From: an uncultured Holophagales bacterium
GTDB lineage: Bacteria > Acidobacteriota > Thermoanaerobaculia > Multivoradales > UBA5704
Length of the DNA stretch: 64,000 nucleotides
Direction: 5' to 3'
Assembly: GCA_963842525.1 (NCBI GenBank)
Contig: CAWJGT010000009.1
Coordinates: forward strand, 1,376,001-1,440,000
Shown: positions 1-36,900 of the stretch, piece by piece
Layout: every line of letters begins with the position of its first letter
Position numbering within the stretch: the first letter of the stretch is position 1
Notes under the pieces: generated by a model
Databases searched by the model: none
The model's input: the letters and a program-made list of their open reading frames with translations, nothing else
Told to the model about the DNA's origin: nothing
Program-made: the position numbers and the translations under genes

Positions 1-24976
<24,976 letters not shown>

Positions 24977-24987
<11 letters not shown>

Positions 24988-27900
24988 AGTTGCAGAGGAT
25001 GAGGCCCTGGAGGAGAGGGCGGAGGTCGAGAGCCAGCGGCTGTTGCATGCGCTTTTCGAGGAGCGCTGCGACGAAGACCCCCAGGCGGTCGCGCTGGTCG
25101 ACGGCCGGGACCGTCTGACCCGCGCCGAGCTGGAGGGCCGCGCCAACCAGCTCGCCCGGCATCTGCAATCCCTCGGCGTCGGCCCCGAGGTGAGGGTCGC
25201 GATCTGTGCCGAGCGCACAGCCGAGATGATCGTCGCCCTGTTCGCCGTGCTCAAGGCGGGCGGCGCTTACGTGCCGGTCGATCCGACCTATCCGCGCGAG
25301 CGGCAGGCGATCATCCTGGAGGACAGCCAGGCGCCGCTCCTCCTCACGCAGGAGCGCCTGCTCGACCGGCTGCCGGCGACGTCGGCCGCGATCGTCTGCC
25401 TCGACCGTGACTGGCCCAGCGTGGAGCGGTGGAGCGCGGCGCGGTTGGGCCAGCCGGCGCCGCTGGGGCTCGCGCGGCTGCCGCTGGACCTCGCGCGGCA
25501 GCCGCCCGACCTCGTGGACCCTCACCCCCGGCCCCTCTCCCATCCGCACTCCCGACCCCCGGGAGAGGGGAGCCCCCCACCCGAGAGCTTCGTGCCTGTG
25601 CATCTTCCCCCCTCTCCCGGTGGGATGGGAGTGCGGATGGGAGAGGGGGGCCAGGGGGGTGAGGGTCCTGCTCCCGGCAACCTCGCCTATCTGATCTACA
25701 CCTCCGGCTCGACCGGCCGGCCCAAGGGCGTCGCCATCGAGCACCGCTCGGCCGTGGCCCTGATCCGCTGGGCGAGCGAGGTCTTCCCTCCCGACGAGCT
25801 TGCCTGCGTCCTGGCCTCGACGTCCATCTGCTTCGACCTGTCGATCTTCGAAATCTTCCTTCCGCTGGCCCTGGGCGGCCGGATCGTCCTGGCCGAGAAC
25901 GCCCTCGCTCTGCCCAGGCTGCCGGCCGCGGAGGAGGTGACGCTCGTCAACACCGTCCCCTCGGCGATTTCCGAGCTGGCGCGGATGGGCGGCATCCCGC
26001 CGTCCGTGCGGGTGATCAACCTGGCGGGAGAGCCGCTGCGCAAAGCCCTGGTCGAACGGCTCTACCAGGTGCCGACGGTGGAGAAGGTCTACAACCTCTA
26101 CGGTCCCTCGGAGGACACGACCTACTCGACCTGGGCGTTGATGCGGCGCCAGGACCCCTTTGCTCCGTCCATCGGCCGGCCGCTCGACGGCACCCGGGTC
26201 CACCTGCTCGACGCCGAAATGCAGCCGGTGCCGGCGGAGGAGGCGGGCCAGCTCTATCTGGCCGGAGCCGGCCTCGCCCGCGGCTATCTCGGCCGGCCGG
26301 ACCTGACCGCGGAGAAGTTCGTCCCCGACCCCTTCGCCGGGCAGCCGGGCGAGCGCCTCTATGCCACCGGCGACCTGTCGCGCTACCGGCCGGACGGGGA
26401 GATCGATTTCCTCGGCCGCATCGACCACCAGGTCAAGATCCGCGGCTTCCGCATCGAGCTGGGCGAGATCGAGGCGGCCCTGGAGCGCCATCCCGCAATC
26501 GCCGACACCGTGGTGGTGGCCCGCGAGTCCGAGGCGGCCGAGATCTCCGAAAGGGTCCTGGTCGCCTATGTCGTGGCCGTCGGGGGCGCTCCGCTGGCGC
26601 CCGTCGAGCTGCGCGCCTGGCTCCAGCGCAGCCTGGCCGAGTACATGATCCCTTCCCACTTCGTCCTGCTCTCCGCGCTGCCGCTGACGCCCAACGGCAA
26701 GGTGGACCGCAAGGCGCTGCCGGCGCCCGAGCGCGCGGTGGCGGATGGGTACATGGCGCCGCGCACGCCTCTGGAGACGAAGCTGGCCGGGATCTGGGCC
26801 GAGGTGCTGGAGCTGCCGCGGGTCGGCGCCGGGGACGACTTCTTCGCCCTGGGCGGTCATTCCATTGTGGCCACACGCATCCTGGCGCGGGTGCGCGAGA
26901 GCCTCGGCGTCGAGCTGCCGGCTCGCACCCTGTTCGATGCGCCGACCGTGGCCCTGCTGGCCGCGCGGGTGGCGGCGGCGAGCCGGAAAACCGCGCCGGA
27001 CGCGGTGGGCCTGCCGCCCGTCGAGCCGGTCTCCCGCGAGCTGCCGCTCGACGCCTCCACCTCCCAGGAAGGGATGTGGCTCGCCGATCGCCTGAGCCCG
27101 GCCTTCCCGCTGTTCAACATCCCCCTGCAGCTCACCTTGCGCGGACCGCTCGACGCCGCGGCGCTGCAGCGCGCCCTGTCCGAGATCGTGCGCCGCCACG
27201 AGGCGTTGCGGGCCGTGTTCGGGGAGCGTGACGGACACCTGCGGCCGGCGCTCTCCGCCGCGGCCACGGTGGAGCTGCCCGCGATCGATCTGCGGCTGCT
27301 GCCCGATCCCGCGGCGTCCGCAGAGGCCCTGGCCGCCACGGCCGCACGCCAGCGCATCGACCTCGCCTGCGGGCCGCTGCTGCGGGCTCTCCTCCTGCGC
27401 GTCACCGATCGCGAGCACCGGCTCGTCGTCGTCGTCCACCATATGGCCGGGGACGACTGGTCGACCTGGGTCCTGGTGCGCGAGCTGGCGGCCCTGTATG
27501 CCGCGTTCGCCGCCGGCCGCCCGTCGCCGCTCCCCGAGCTGCCGGTCCAGTACACCGACTTCGCGTCCTGGCAGCGGGCCTGGCTCGAAAGCCCAGCGGC
27601 CGAGGCCCAGCTCCGCTTCTGGGTGGAACGCCTGGCGGGGGTTCCGGAGCTGCTGGAGCTGCCGGCCGACCGGCCGCGCCCCGCGGTCCGCAGCTTCGAG
27701 GGCGGGCGCCTCACCGCCATGGTCCCGGCGACGGCCGTGCGCGCGCTTGCCGGCCTCGCCCGGCGCCGCGGGGCCACGCCCTTCATGGCCCTGCTCGCGG
27801 TGTTCGAGACGCTGGTCCACCGCGTCACCGGCCGGGAGGACGTCGTCGTCGGCTCGCCGATCGCCGGACGGCGCGTGCCGCAGGTCCAGGACCTGATCGG

Positions 27901-30900
27901 CCTGTTCACCAACAACCTGGCCTGGCGCGGCGACCTCGCGGGCGATCCGACCTTCCTCGAGCACCTGGCGCGCGTCCGCGAGACGGTGCTGGAGGGCGCC
28001 GACCGGCAGGAGATCCCGTTCGACCGCCTGCTGCGCGAGATCCAGCCGGAGCGGACCCAGCGCTACAGCCCGGTGGCCCAGGTCGCCATCGCCCTTCAGA
28101 ACACGCCGCCGCCGCCGCGCGAGCTCGGCCCGGGGCTCGGCCTCGAAGTGCGCGAGCTGGGCAACGGCACGGCCAAGCTCGACCTCATCGTCTATCTGCA
28201 CGAGACCGAGCAGGGCGGCCTGGCAGGGGACTGGGAGTATGCGAGCCCGCTCTTCGATGCCACGACGATCGCCCGTCTGGCCAGGCATTTCCGCGCCTTG
28301 ATCGCGGCGGCCCCGGCTCACGCCGAGGCACGGCTCGCGGACCTGCCGATCCTCGACGCGCCGGAGCGCCACCAGACGCTGGTGGAATGGAACGACACGG
28401 CCGTGCCGTTCCCGCGCGACGCCTGCGTCCACGAGCTGTTCGCGGCGCGCGCCGCGGAGGCGCCCGGCGCCGTGGCCCTGGTGGCCCCGGGCCGCAGCCT
28501 CACCCGCGGCGAGCTGTACGACCGTGCGCAGGAGCTGGCGCGGCACCTCCGGCACCTGGGAGTCGGGCCGGAGGCGCGGGTGGCGGTCGCGGCCGAGCGC
28601 TCTCCCGAGATGGTCGTGGCGCTGCTGGCCGTCCTCCAGGCCGGCGGGGCGTATGTGCCGCTCGATCCCGGCTATCCGGTTGAGCGGCTCGCCTGGATGC
28701 TGGAGGACTCCGGGGCTGCGGTGCTGCTCACGCAGGGGCATCTGGTTTCGCGGCTGCCGGCGTTCGGGGGGATGGTCATCGACCTCGACGTCTCCCTTCT
28801 CCCCGAATCCAACCCCGCAGGGGTGGCCGGAATTAGCCCGGGATTTCAATCCCGGGAATCGGACGCATCCCCAGACCTCCTGAGCCCCGCCAGGGGCGAC
28901 AGGAATCCGACCGGCGAGCCCCTGCCGCCCCTGCCGGGGCTGATGGAGAGAGATGGCCTCCCGTTCCCGGGCCTGAAGGCCCGGGCTAATTCCGGCCGCC
29001 CCTGCGGGGCTGATGTCCAGACGCTGGTGGACCCCGTAAACGCCGCCTACGTCATCTATACCTCCGGCTCCACCGGCCGGCCCAAGGGCGTCGTCGTCTC
29101 TCACCGCTCCCTGGTCAACCTGGCCGAGGCCCAGGTCCGGCTCTTCGAGCTGGGGCCGGGGAGCCGCCAGCTCCAGTTCGCCTCCTTCAGCTTCGACGCC
29201 TCGGTCTCGGAGATCTTCACAGCCCTGCTGTCGGGAGCCGAGCTGCATCTCGCCTCGCGTGACGAGCTGCTCCCCGGGCCGGCCCTGGCGCGCACCGTGC
29301 GCGAGCGCGGCATCACGGTGCTGACCCTGGCGCCCTCGGCCCTGGCCGCGCTGGAGGCCGCGGACGGCGGGCGGCTGCCTTCGGTCCGCACCCTGGTCGT
29401 GGCCGGCGAGGCGTGCCCGGCCGGCCTGGCCGCCCGCTGGTCGCGCGGACGGCGCTTCCTCGACGCCTACGGGCCGACCGAGGCCACCGTCTGCGCCACC
29501 GCCGCGGTGCTCGGCGACGGAGAGACCCTCTCGATCGGGCGCCCGATCGGCAATGCCCGGATCGCCGTGCTCGGGCCGGGAGGCACGCCCGCGCCCATTG
29601 GCGTCGTGGGCGAGATCGGGATCGGCGGCACGGGCGTGGCGCGCGGCTACCTCGGCCGGCCGGAGCTGACCGCCGAGCGCTTCGTGCCTGACCCGGTGAC
29701 CGGCGAGCCCGGCGCGCGCATGTATCGGAGCGGCGACCTCGGACGGCTCCTGCCGGACGGCCGGATCGAGCTGTACGGCCGGCGGGACGACCAGGTCAAG
29801 GTCCGCGGCTTCCGCATCGAGCTCGGCGAGGTCGAGGCCGCGCTTGCCCGCCAGCCTGAGGTGCGCGAGGCCGTCGTCGTCGTGCGGGACGAGCCCGGTG
29901 CCGCCGGCGCCCCGGCCGACCGGCGGCTGGTCGCCTGCCTGGTCCCGGCCGTCGAAACCGATCCGGCCGATCTGATCTCCGAGCTGCGGAGCCGGCTGGC
30001 GGCGGAGCTGCCGGACTACATGGTCCCCAACGGCTGGAGTGTGCTGCCCGCGCTCCCCCTCACCCCGAACGGCAAGGTGGACCGGCGCGCGCTTGCTCTG
30101 CTGGAGACCGTCGCCGCCGCGGCGGACGCCTACGTGCCGCCGGCCGGCCCCGTCGAGGAGCTGCTGGCCGGGATCTGGGCCGAGGTGCTGGGCGTCGAAC
30201 GTGTGGGGGCACACGATCGCTTCTTCGACCTCGGCGGGCATTCGCTCCTCGCCACCCAGGTGCTGTCGCGGGTCCGGAAGGCGTTCGACATCGAGCTGCC
30301 GATGCACCTCTTCTTTGCCGAGCCCACGGTGGCCAGCCTGGCACGGCAGGTGGAGCAGGCGCGCCGCGAAGGCCCTGGCGGCCGCGCCTCGGCTCCGCCC
30401 ATCGAGCGGGCACCGCACGACGCGGCCCTGCCGCTCTCCTTCTCCCAGAGCCGGCTCTGGCTGCTCGACCGGCTGGAGCCCGGCTCGCCGCTCTACAACG
30501 TCGCGCAGGTCCTGGCGCTCCGCGGCAGCCTGCGGATCCCCGCGCTGCGCTTCGCCCTGGGCGAGGTCGTGCGGCGCCACGAGGTGCTGCGCTCCCGCAT
30601 CGAGTCGGTGGAGGGCAGGCCGCTCCAGGTCGTCCTGCCGGCGTCGCCCCTCGACCTGCCCGTGATCGACCTGGCGGCGCTCCCCGCGGCTGTGCGGGCG
30701 GCGGTGGCGGACCGGCTTGCCGGGGAGGAAGCGCGCCGTCCGTTCGACCTCGTGCATCCGCCGCTGCTGCGCGCCGCGGTCTACCGCCTGGGGGAGGAGG
30801 AGCACCACCTCGTCCTGGTGGCCCATCACATCGCCTCGGACGGATGGTCCCAGGGGATCCTCGCCCGCGAGGTCTCGGCCTTTTATACGGCTTGCGTCGA

Positions 30901-33900
30901 GGGCCGGCCGTCGCCGCTGCCGGAGCTGCCCCTCCAGTACGCCGACTTCGCGCGCTGGCAGCAGCGCTGGCTGAGCGGCGAGCGGCTCGCGGAGCACCTC
31001 GCCTCTTGGCGGCGGCGGCTCGAAGGGGCGCCGACCGTGCTCGAGCTGCCGCTCGACCGGCCGCGTCCCGCCTCGCGAGGCACCCAGGGCGGCGAGTTGG
31101 ATGCCGAGTATCCGCGTGAGCTTTCCCAGGGCGTCCGCCGTCTCGCCCGCCGCCAGGGCGGGACGCCGTTCATGGTCCTGCTCGCGGCCTTTGAGACCCT
31201 CCTGCACCGCTACACCGGAGCGGATTGCCTGCTGGTCGGTACGCCGATCGCCGGGCGCACCCGGTCCGAGCTCGAAGCGCTGATCGGCTTCTTCGTCAAC
31301 ACCCTGGTGCTGCGCGCCGACTTCGCCGGAGACCCGCCCTTCGGGGAGCTTCTCGGCCGGACGCGCAAGGTGACCCTCGAAGCGCACGCCCACCAGGACC
31401 TCCCGTTCGAGAAGCTCGTCGAGGAGCTGCGGCCGGAGAGGGACCTTGCCCATACGCCGCTGTTCCAGGTGATGCTGGCCGTCCAGAACGTGCCGCTCGC
31501 CGCGCCCTCCCTGCCCGGTCTGGAGGTCGCCATCCTGCCGGTCGACCGCGGGACCGCGAAGTTCGATCTTTCTCTGTTCCTGCTCGACCACGACGACGGG
31601 ATCAGCGCTTCTTTCGAGTACGCGACCGAGGTCTTCGACCGCGCGACGATCACGCGCTGGGCGGGGCACTTCGAGACCCTTCTCGCGGGCGCGGTTGCCG
31701 ATCCGGAAGTGCCGGTCTCGGCGCTCCCGCTCCTCGGCGGCGCCGAGCGGGCGCAGCTCCTGGCCGAGTGGAACGATGTTGGAGACCTCGCGGACGCGCC
31801 GCTCTGCCTGCACCAGCTCTTCGAATTGCAGGCGGCGCGGACGCCCGACGCCGAGGCCCTGGTCCATCCGCGCGAGCGCCTGACCTACGCCGGGCTGAAT
31901 CGCCGGGCGGACCTGCTGGCCGCCCATCTGCGCGAGCTCGGAGTCGGGCCCGAGGTGCTCTGCGGCGTGCTGCTGGACCGCACGCCGGAGCTGCTGATCG
32001 CCCTCCTGGCCATCCTCAAGGCCGGCGGCGCCTACGTGCCGCTCGACCCCAACTATCCCGCCTCCCGCGTCCGCCTCATGCTGGAGATTTCCCGCGCCGC
32101 GGTCCTTCTCACGAAGCGCGAGCTGGCTGCTGACCTCGATGGAGAAGCCGGCACCAGGATGGTCTTCCTGGACGAAGGCTGGGAGGGCGCGCCCGCTCGC
32201 CCCGGGTTGACACCCGGGGCTACCCAGTTCCGCCCTCCGGGCTCTCAAAACCTCGGCTCTCCAGAGCCCGGAGGGCGACATCCGGTAGCCCAGGGTGTGA
32301 ACCCTGGGCGAGCGCCAGGGGGTGAGGACCCAACCCCCGGCAACCTTGCCTACCTGATCTTCACCTCCGGCTCGACCGGCCTGCCCAAGGGAGTGGCGCT
32401 GGAGCATCGCAACGCGGTCGCCTTCGTCCGCTGGGCCTGGGAGGTCTTCCCGCCCGAGGACCTGGCCGGCGTGCTGGCCGCGACCTCGATCTGCTTCGAC
32501 CTCTCGGTCTTCGAGCTGTTCGTGCCGCTGTCGCGAGGCGGCAAGGTCATCCTGGCCGACAACGCCCTGCACCTCGCGCACCTCCCGGCCGCGGGCGAGG
32601 TCACGCTGATCAACACGGTCCCCTCGGCCATGGCCGAGCTGGTCCTCGATGCGGCCGTGCCGCCTTCGGTGCGCACCGTCAACCTCGCGGGCGAGCCGCT
32701 CAAGAACGCCCTCGCGCAGGAGATCTACGGCCGGACGTCGATCGGCCGCCTGCTCAACCTCTATGGGCCGTCGGAGGACACGACCTATTCGACCTTCGCG
32801 CCGGTGCGGCGAGGGAGCGAGCGCGCGCCGACCATCGGCCGGCCGATCGCGGGGAGCCGCGCCTATGTGCTCGACGCGGCGCTGCGGCCGGTGCCGCTCG
32901 GCATCCCGGGAGCGCTCTACCTGGCCGGCGCCGGCCTCGCCCGCGGCTATTACGGCAGGCCGGAGCTGACCGCCGACCGCTTCCTCCCCGATCCGTTCGC
33001 CGCGCGGCCGGGCGAGCGCCTCTACAGGACCGGCGACCTGGTGCGCACCAGGACCGACGGCGAGATGGACTTCCTGGGCCGCATCGACCACCAGGTCAAA
33101 GTGCGTGGGTTCCGCATCGAGCTGGGCGAGGTCGAAGGCGCGCTCGCCGCCCATCCGCAGGTGCGCGAGGCCGTGGTCCTCGCCCTGGCGGAAGGAGCTG
33201 GGGCCGAGGAGCGGCTGCGGCTGGTCGCCTTCCTGACCGTCGTCGAGCCGGCCCCGGCTCCCGTGGCCCTGCGCGAGGCCCTCAAACAGCGGCTGCCCGA
33301 GTACATGGTGCCGACCGCCTTCGTGGAGCTGCCGGCGCTGCCTCTCACGCCGAACGGCAAGATCGACCGCAAGGCGCTCGCCCGGCTCGGTGCCGAAACC
33401 GGGGCGCGGTCCGGCGAGCAGGAGCTGGTCCTGCCCCGGACCCCGGTCGAGGAGGCCCTGGCGGAGGTCTGGGCCGGCGTGTTCGGCGTCGAGCGCGTCG
33501 GTGTGCACGAGAATTTCTTCGACCTGGGCGGCCACTCGCTCCTCGCCGCCCAGGTGCTCGCCCAGGTCCGCAAGCGGCTGGGCGCCGACCTGCCGCTGCG
33601 GCGCCTGTTCGAAGCCCCGACCGTGGCAAAGCTGGCCGAGGCCGTCGAGGCTGCCGCGGAGGAAGCGGCCGAGGAGTCGCTCGCCGGGGCCGGGGAGAGT
33701 GGGGGAGAGGCGAGTGCCCCGCTCTCCTTTGCCCAGCGCCGTCTCTGGTTCCTCGACCGCATGACGCCCGGCCTCGCGGTCTACAACCTGCCGCATCCGG
33801 TGCGCATCGAAGGGGTGCTCGACGCCGCGGTCCTGGAGCGCGCCCTGGGCGAGGTGGTGCGGCGGCACGATGCCCTGCGCACCACGATCCAGATCGTTGG

Positions 33901-36900
33901 AGGACGGCCCGTCCAGGTCGTTGCGCCGGCCGGCCTCTTCTCCCTGCCGCGGGTCGATCTCTCCATGTTGACCGACGTGCCGCGGCGCGCCGAGCCTCGA
34001 CCGCCTGGTCCGCGAGGAGTCGTCGCGGCCCTTCGACCTGGCAGCCGGCCCGCTCCAGCGCTCGCTCCTGGTGCGCATGGCCGGGCGCGAGCATGCGCTG
34101 CTGCTCACTCTCCATCACATCGTCTCCGACGGATGGTCGGTGGGTGTCCTGTTGACCGAGCTGGGGGAGCTGTACGAAGCGTTCGCGCTGGGCCGCCCTT
34201 CGCCGCTGGCCGCCCTGCCGGTCCAGTACGCGGACTACGCCCGCTGGCAGCGCCGGCACCTCCGCAATGTTCCTGGTGGGCCTGGCGGGCCTGGCGGGGG
34301 GCTGGAGACGCAGCTCGCCTTCTGGCGCGAGCGGCTCGCCGGCGCGCCAACGGTCCTGGAGCTGCCCACCGACCGGCCGCGGCCGGCGGTGCAGAGCTTC
34401 CGCGGCAGCCGGCGTGACGCCGCGCTGCCGCCGCGGCTCGCCGCAGCGCTCCGCGAGCTCGCCCGCGGCGAAGGTGCCACCCTCTTCATGCTGCTGCTCG
34501 TGGCCTTCGACATCCTCCTCTTCCGGATCACCGGCCAGGAGGACCTGCTGGTCGGCGCGCCGGTGGCCAACCGCAGCCGGCCGGAGTTCGACGGACTGAT
34601 CGGCTTTTTCGCCAACACCCTGGTGCTGCGCGCGGAGGTCTCCGCCAACCCGTCCTTCCGCGAGCTTCTCGGCACCGTCCGCGAGACCGCCCTTGCCGCC
34701 TATGCCCACCAGGACCTCCCCTTCGACACGCTGGTCGAGGAGCTGCGGCCGGAGCGCGATCCCTCGCGTTCGCCCCTGTTCCAGGTGGCGCTGACGGTCG
34801 AGGGCGCTGCCCGGCGCGAGCTGCGGCCGGCCGGCCTCCGCTTCCAGTCACTGCCCGTGGACACGGGCACGGCCAAGTTCAACCTGACGCTCCAGGTGTC
34901 CGACACCGGCGCCGGCTTTGCCCTCTCGCTGGAATTCGCCTCCGACCTCTTCGAGCGCGCGACGGCCGACCGGCTGCTCGGCCATCTCACCCGCCTGCTG
35001 GAAGGGATCGCGGCCGATCCCGCCGCACGCCTGCTCGACCTGCCGCTGCTCTCCGCGGCCGAGCAGCACCAGACGGTCGTCGAGTGGAACGACAACCGCT
35101 CCGAAATCCCGCGCGAGGCCGTCGTCCTCGATCCGGCCCTGCGGCCGGTCCCGATCGGCGTCCCGGGCCGGCTCTTCGCGGGCGGCGACGGGCTCGCCCG
35201 CGGCGACCTCGGCCGGCCGGACCTCACGGCCGAGCGCTTCGTGCCGGACCCCTTTGCCGGCGAGCCGGGCGGTCGCCTCTACGCCACCGGCGACCTCGTG
35301 CGCTGGCTGCCCGACGGCCGGCTCGACTTCCTCGGCCGCACCGACCGGCAGGTCACGATCGGCGGCTTCCGCATCGAGCTGCCGGAGATCGAATCGGTGC
35401 TCGCCTCCCACCCCTCGGTGGCCGCGGCGGCCGTCCTCCTGCGTGTGCTCTCCGAGGCGGACAAGCGGCTCGTGGCCTACATCGTGCCGCGGGAAGGAGA
35501 GGCGCGGCCGGAGCCCGCCACGCTGCGCGCCCTGGTCCAGGAACGGCTCTCCGAGCCGATGGTGCCCGCGGCCTGGGTCTTCCTGGACGACCTGCCACTG
35601 ACGCCGAAAGGCAAGGTCGACCGCCGGGCGCTCGCTCGCATCGAGCCGTCTCTCGAGCGGGCGAGCCGGCGCGGCGGCTTCGTTGCGCCGCGGACGGCGG
35701 CCGAGGACAAGGTGGCCCGGGTCTGGGCGGAGGTGCTGAGGACGGCCAGGGTGGGCATCCACGACAACTTCTTCGACCTGGGCGGGCATTCGCTGCTCGC
35801 CACCCGGGTGGTGTCGCGCCTGCGTGACGTCCTCGGTGTCGAGCTGCCGCTGCGCCGCCTCTGGGAGACGCCGACCGTCGCCGGCCTCGCCGCGGGCCTC
35901 GACGTGTCGACGGAGACCGGTGCGGACCGCCTGCCACCGATCCTGCCCATGCTGCGCCAGGAGCGGATGCCTCGGATACCGCTCTCCTTCGCCCAGCGCC
36001 GGCTCTGGTTCCTCGAGAACCTCACCCCGGGGCTCGCGCTCTACAACATCCCCTCGCCGCTGCGCATCGAAGGAGACCTCGATCCGGGCGTCCTGGCGCG
36101 CGCCCTCACCGAGGTGGTCCGGCGCCATGAGTCGCTGCGCACCACCTTCGGCGCCGACGAGGGCGAGCCGTACCAGGTCGTGACGCCGCCCGGCCCGGTG
36201 CCGCTGCCGGCGGTCGACCTCTCCGGCCTGGGTCCGGCGGAGCGGGCCGCGGAGCTCGACCGGAAGATCCGGGAGGAGGCGCTGCGCCCCTTCGCCCTGG
36301 AGACCGGCCCGCTGTTCCGCGCCTTCCTGCTGCGGCTGGAGAGCCCTCACCCCCGGCCCCTCTCCCATCCGCACTCCCAACCCCCGGGAGAGGGGAGCCC
36401 CCAACCCGAAAGCTCTCTTGGGGCGTCTTTTCCCCCCTCTCCCGGGGGGCCGGGAGTGCGGATGGGAGAGGGGGGCCAGGGGGGTGAGGGCCAGCACGTG
36501 CTGATGCTCTCGATGCACCACATCGTGTCCGACGGCTGGTCCATGGACGTCCTGTTCGACGAGATCGTGGAGATCTACGACGCGTTCGCCGCCGGCCGGC
36601 CCTCGCCGCGGCCCGAGCTGCCGATCCAGTACGCCGACTTCGCCTGGTGGCAGCTCCAGCACCTGAAGAACGAGGTCTTCGCGGACCAGCTCGCCTGGTG
36701 GCGCGAGCGGCTGGCCGGCGCGCCCGCGGCCCTGGAGCTGCCCGCCGACCGGCCCCGGCCGCCGGTGCAGACCTCCCGCGGCGCGAGCCTCTCGATCCCC
36801 TTGTCGCCGCGCGTTTCGGCCGCGGTCCAGGACGCCTGCCAACGCGAAGGGGTGACGCTCTTCATGGCGATGCTCGCGGCCTTCGACGCCCTGCTCGCCC

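Noticed and set aside
34264-34300. 9-bp repeat encoding PGGPGGPGGG in a C domain
   Set aside because: Small slippage expansion in a loop; no further signal.
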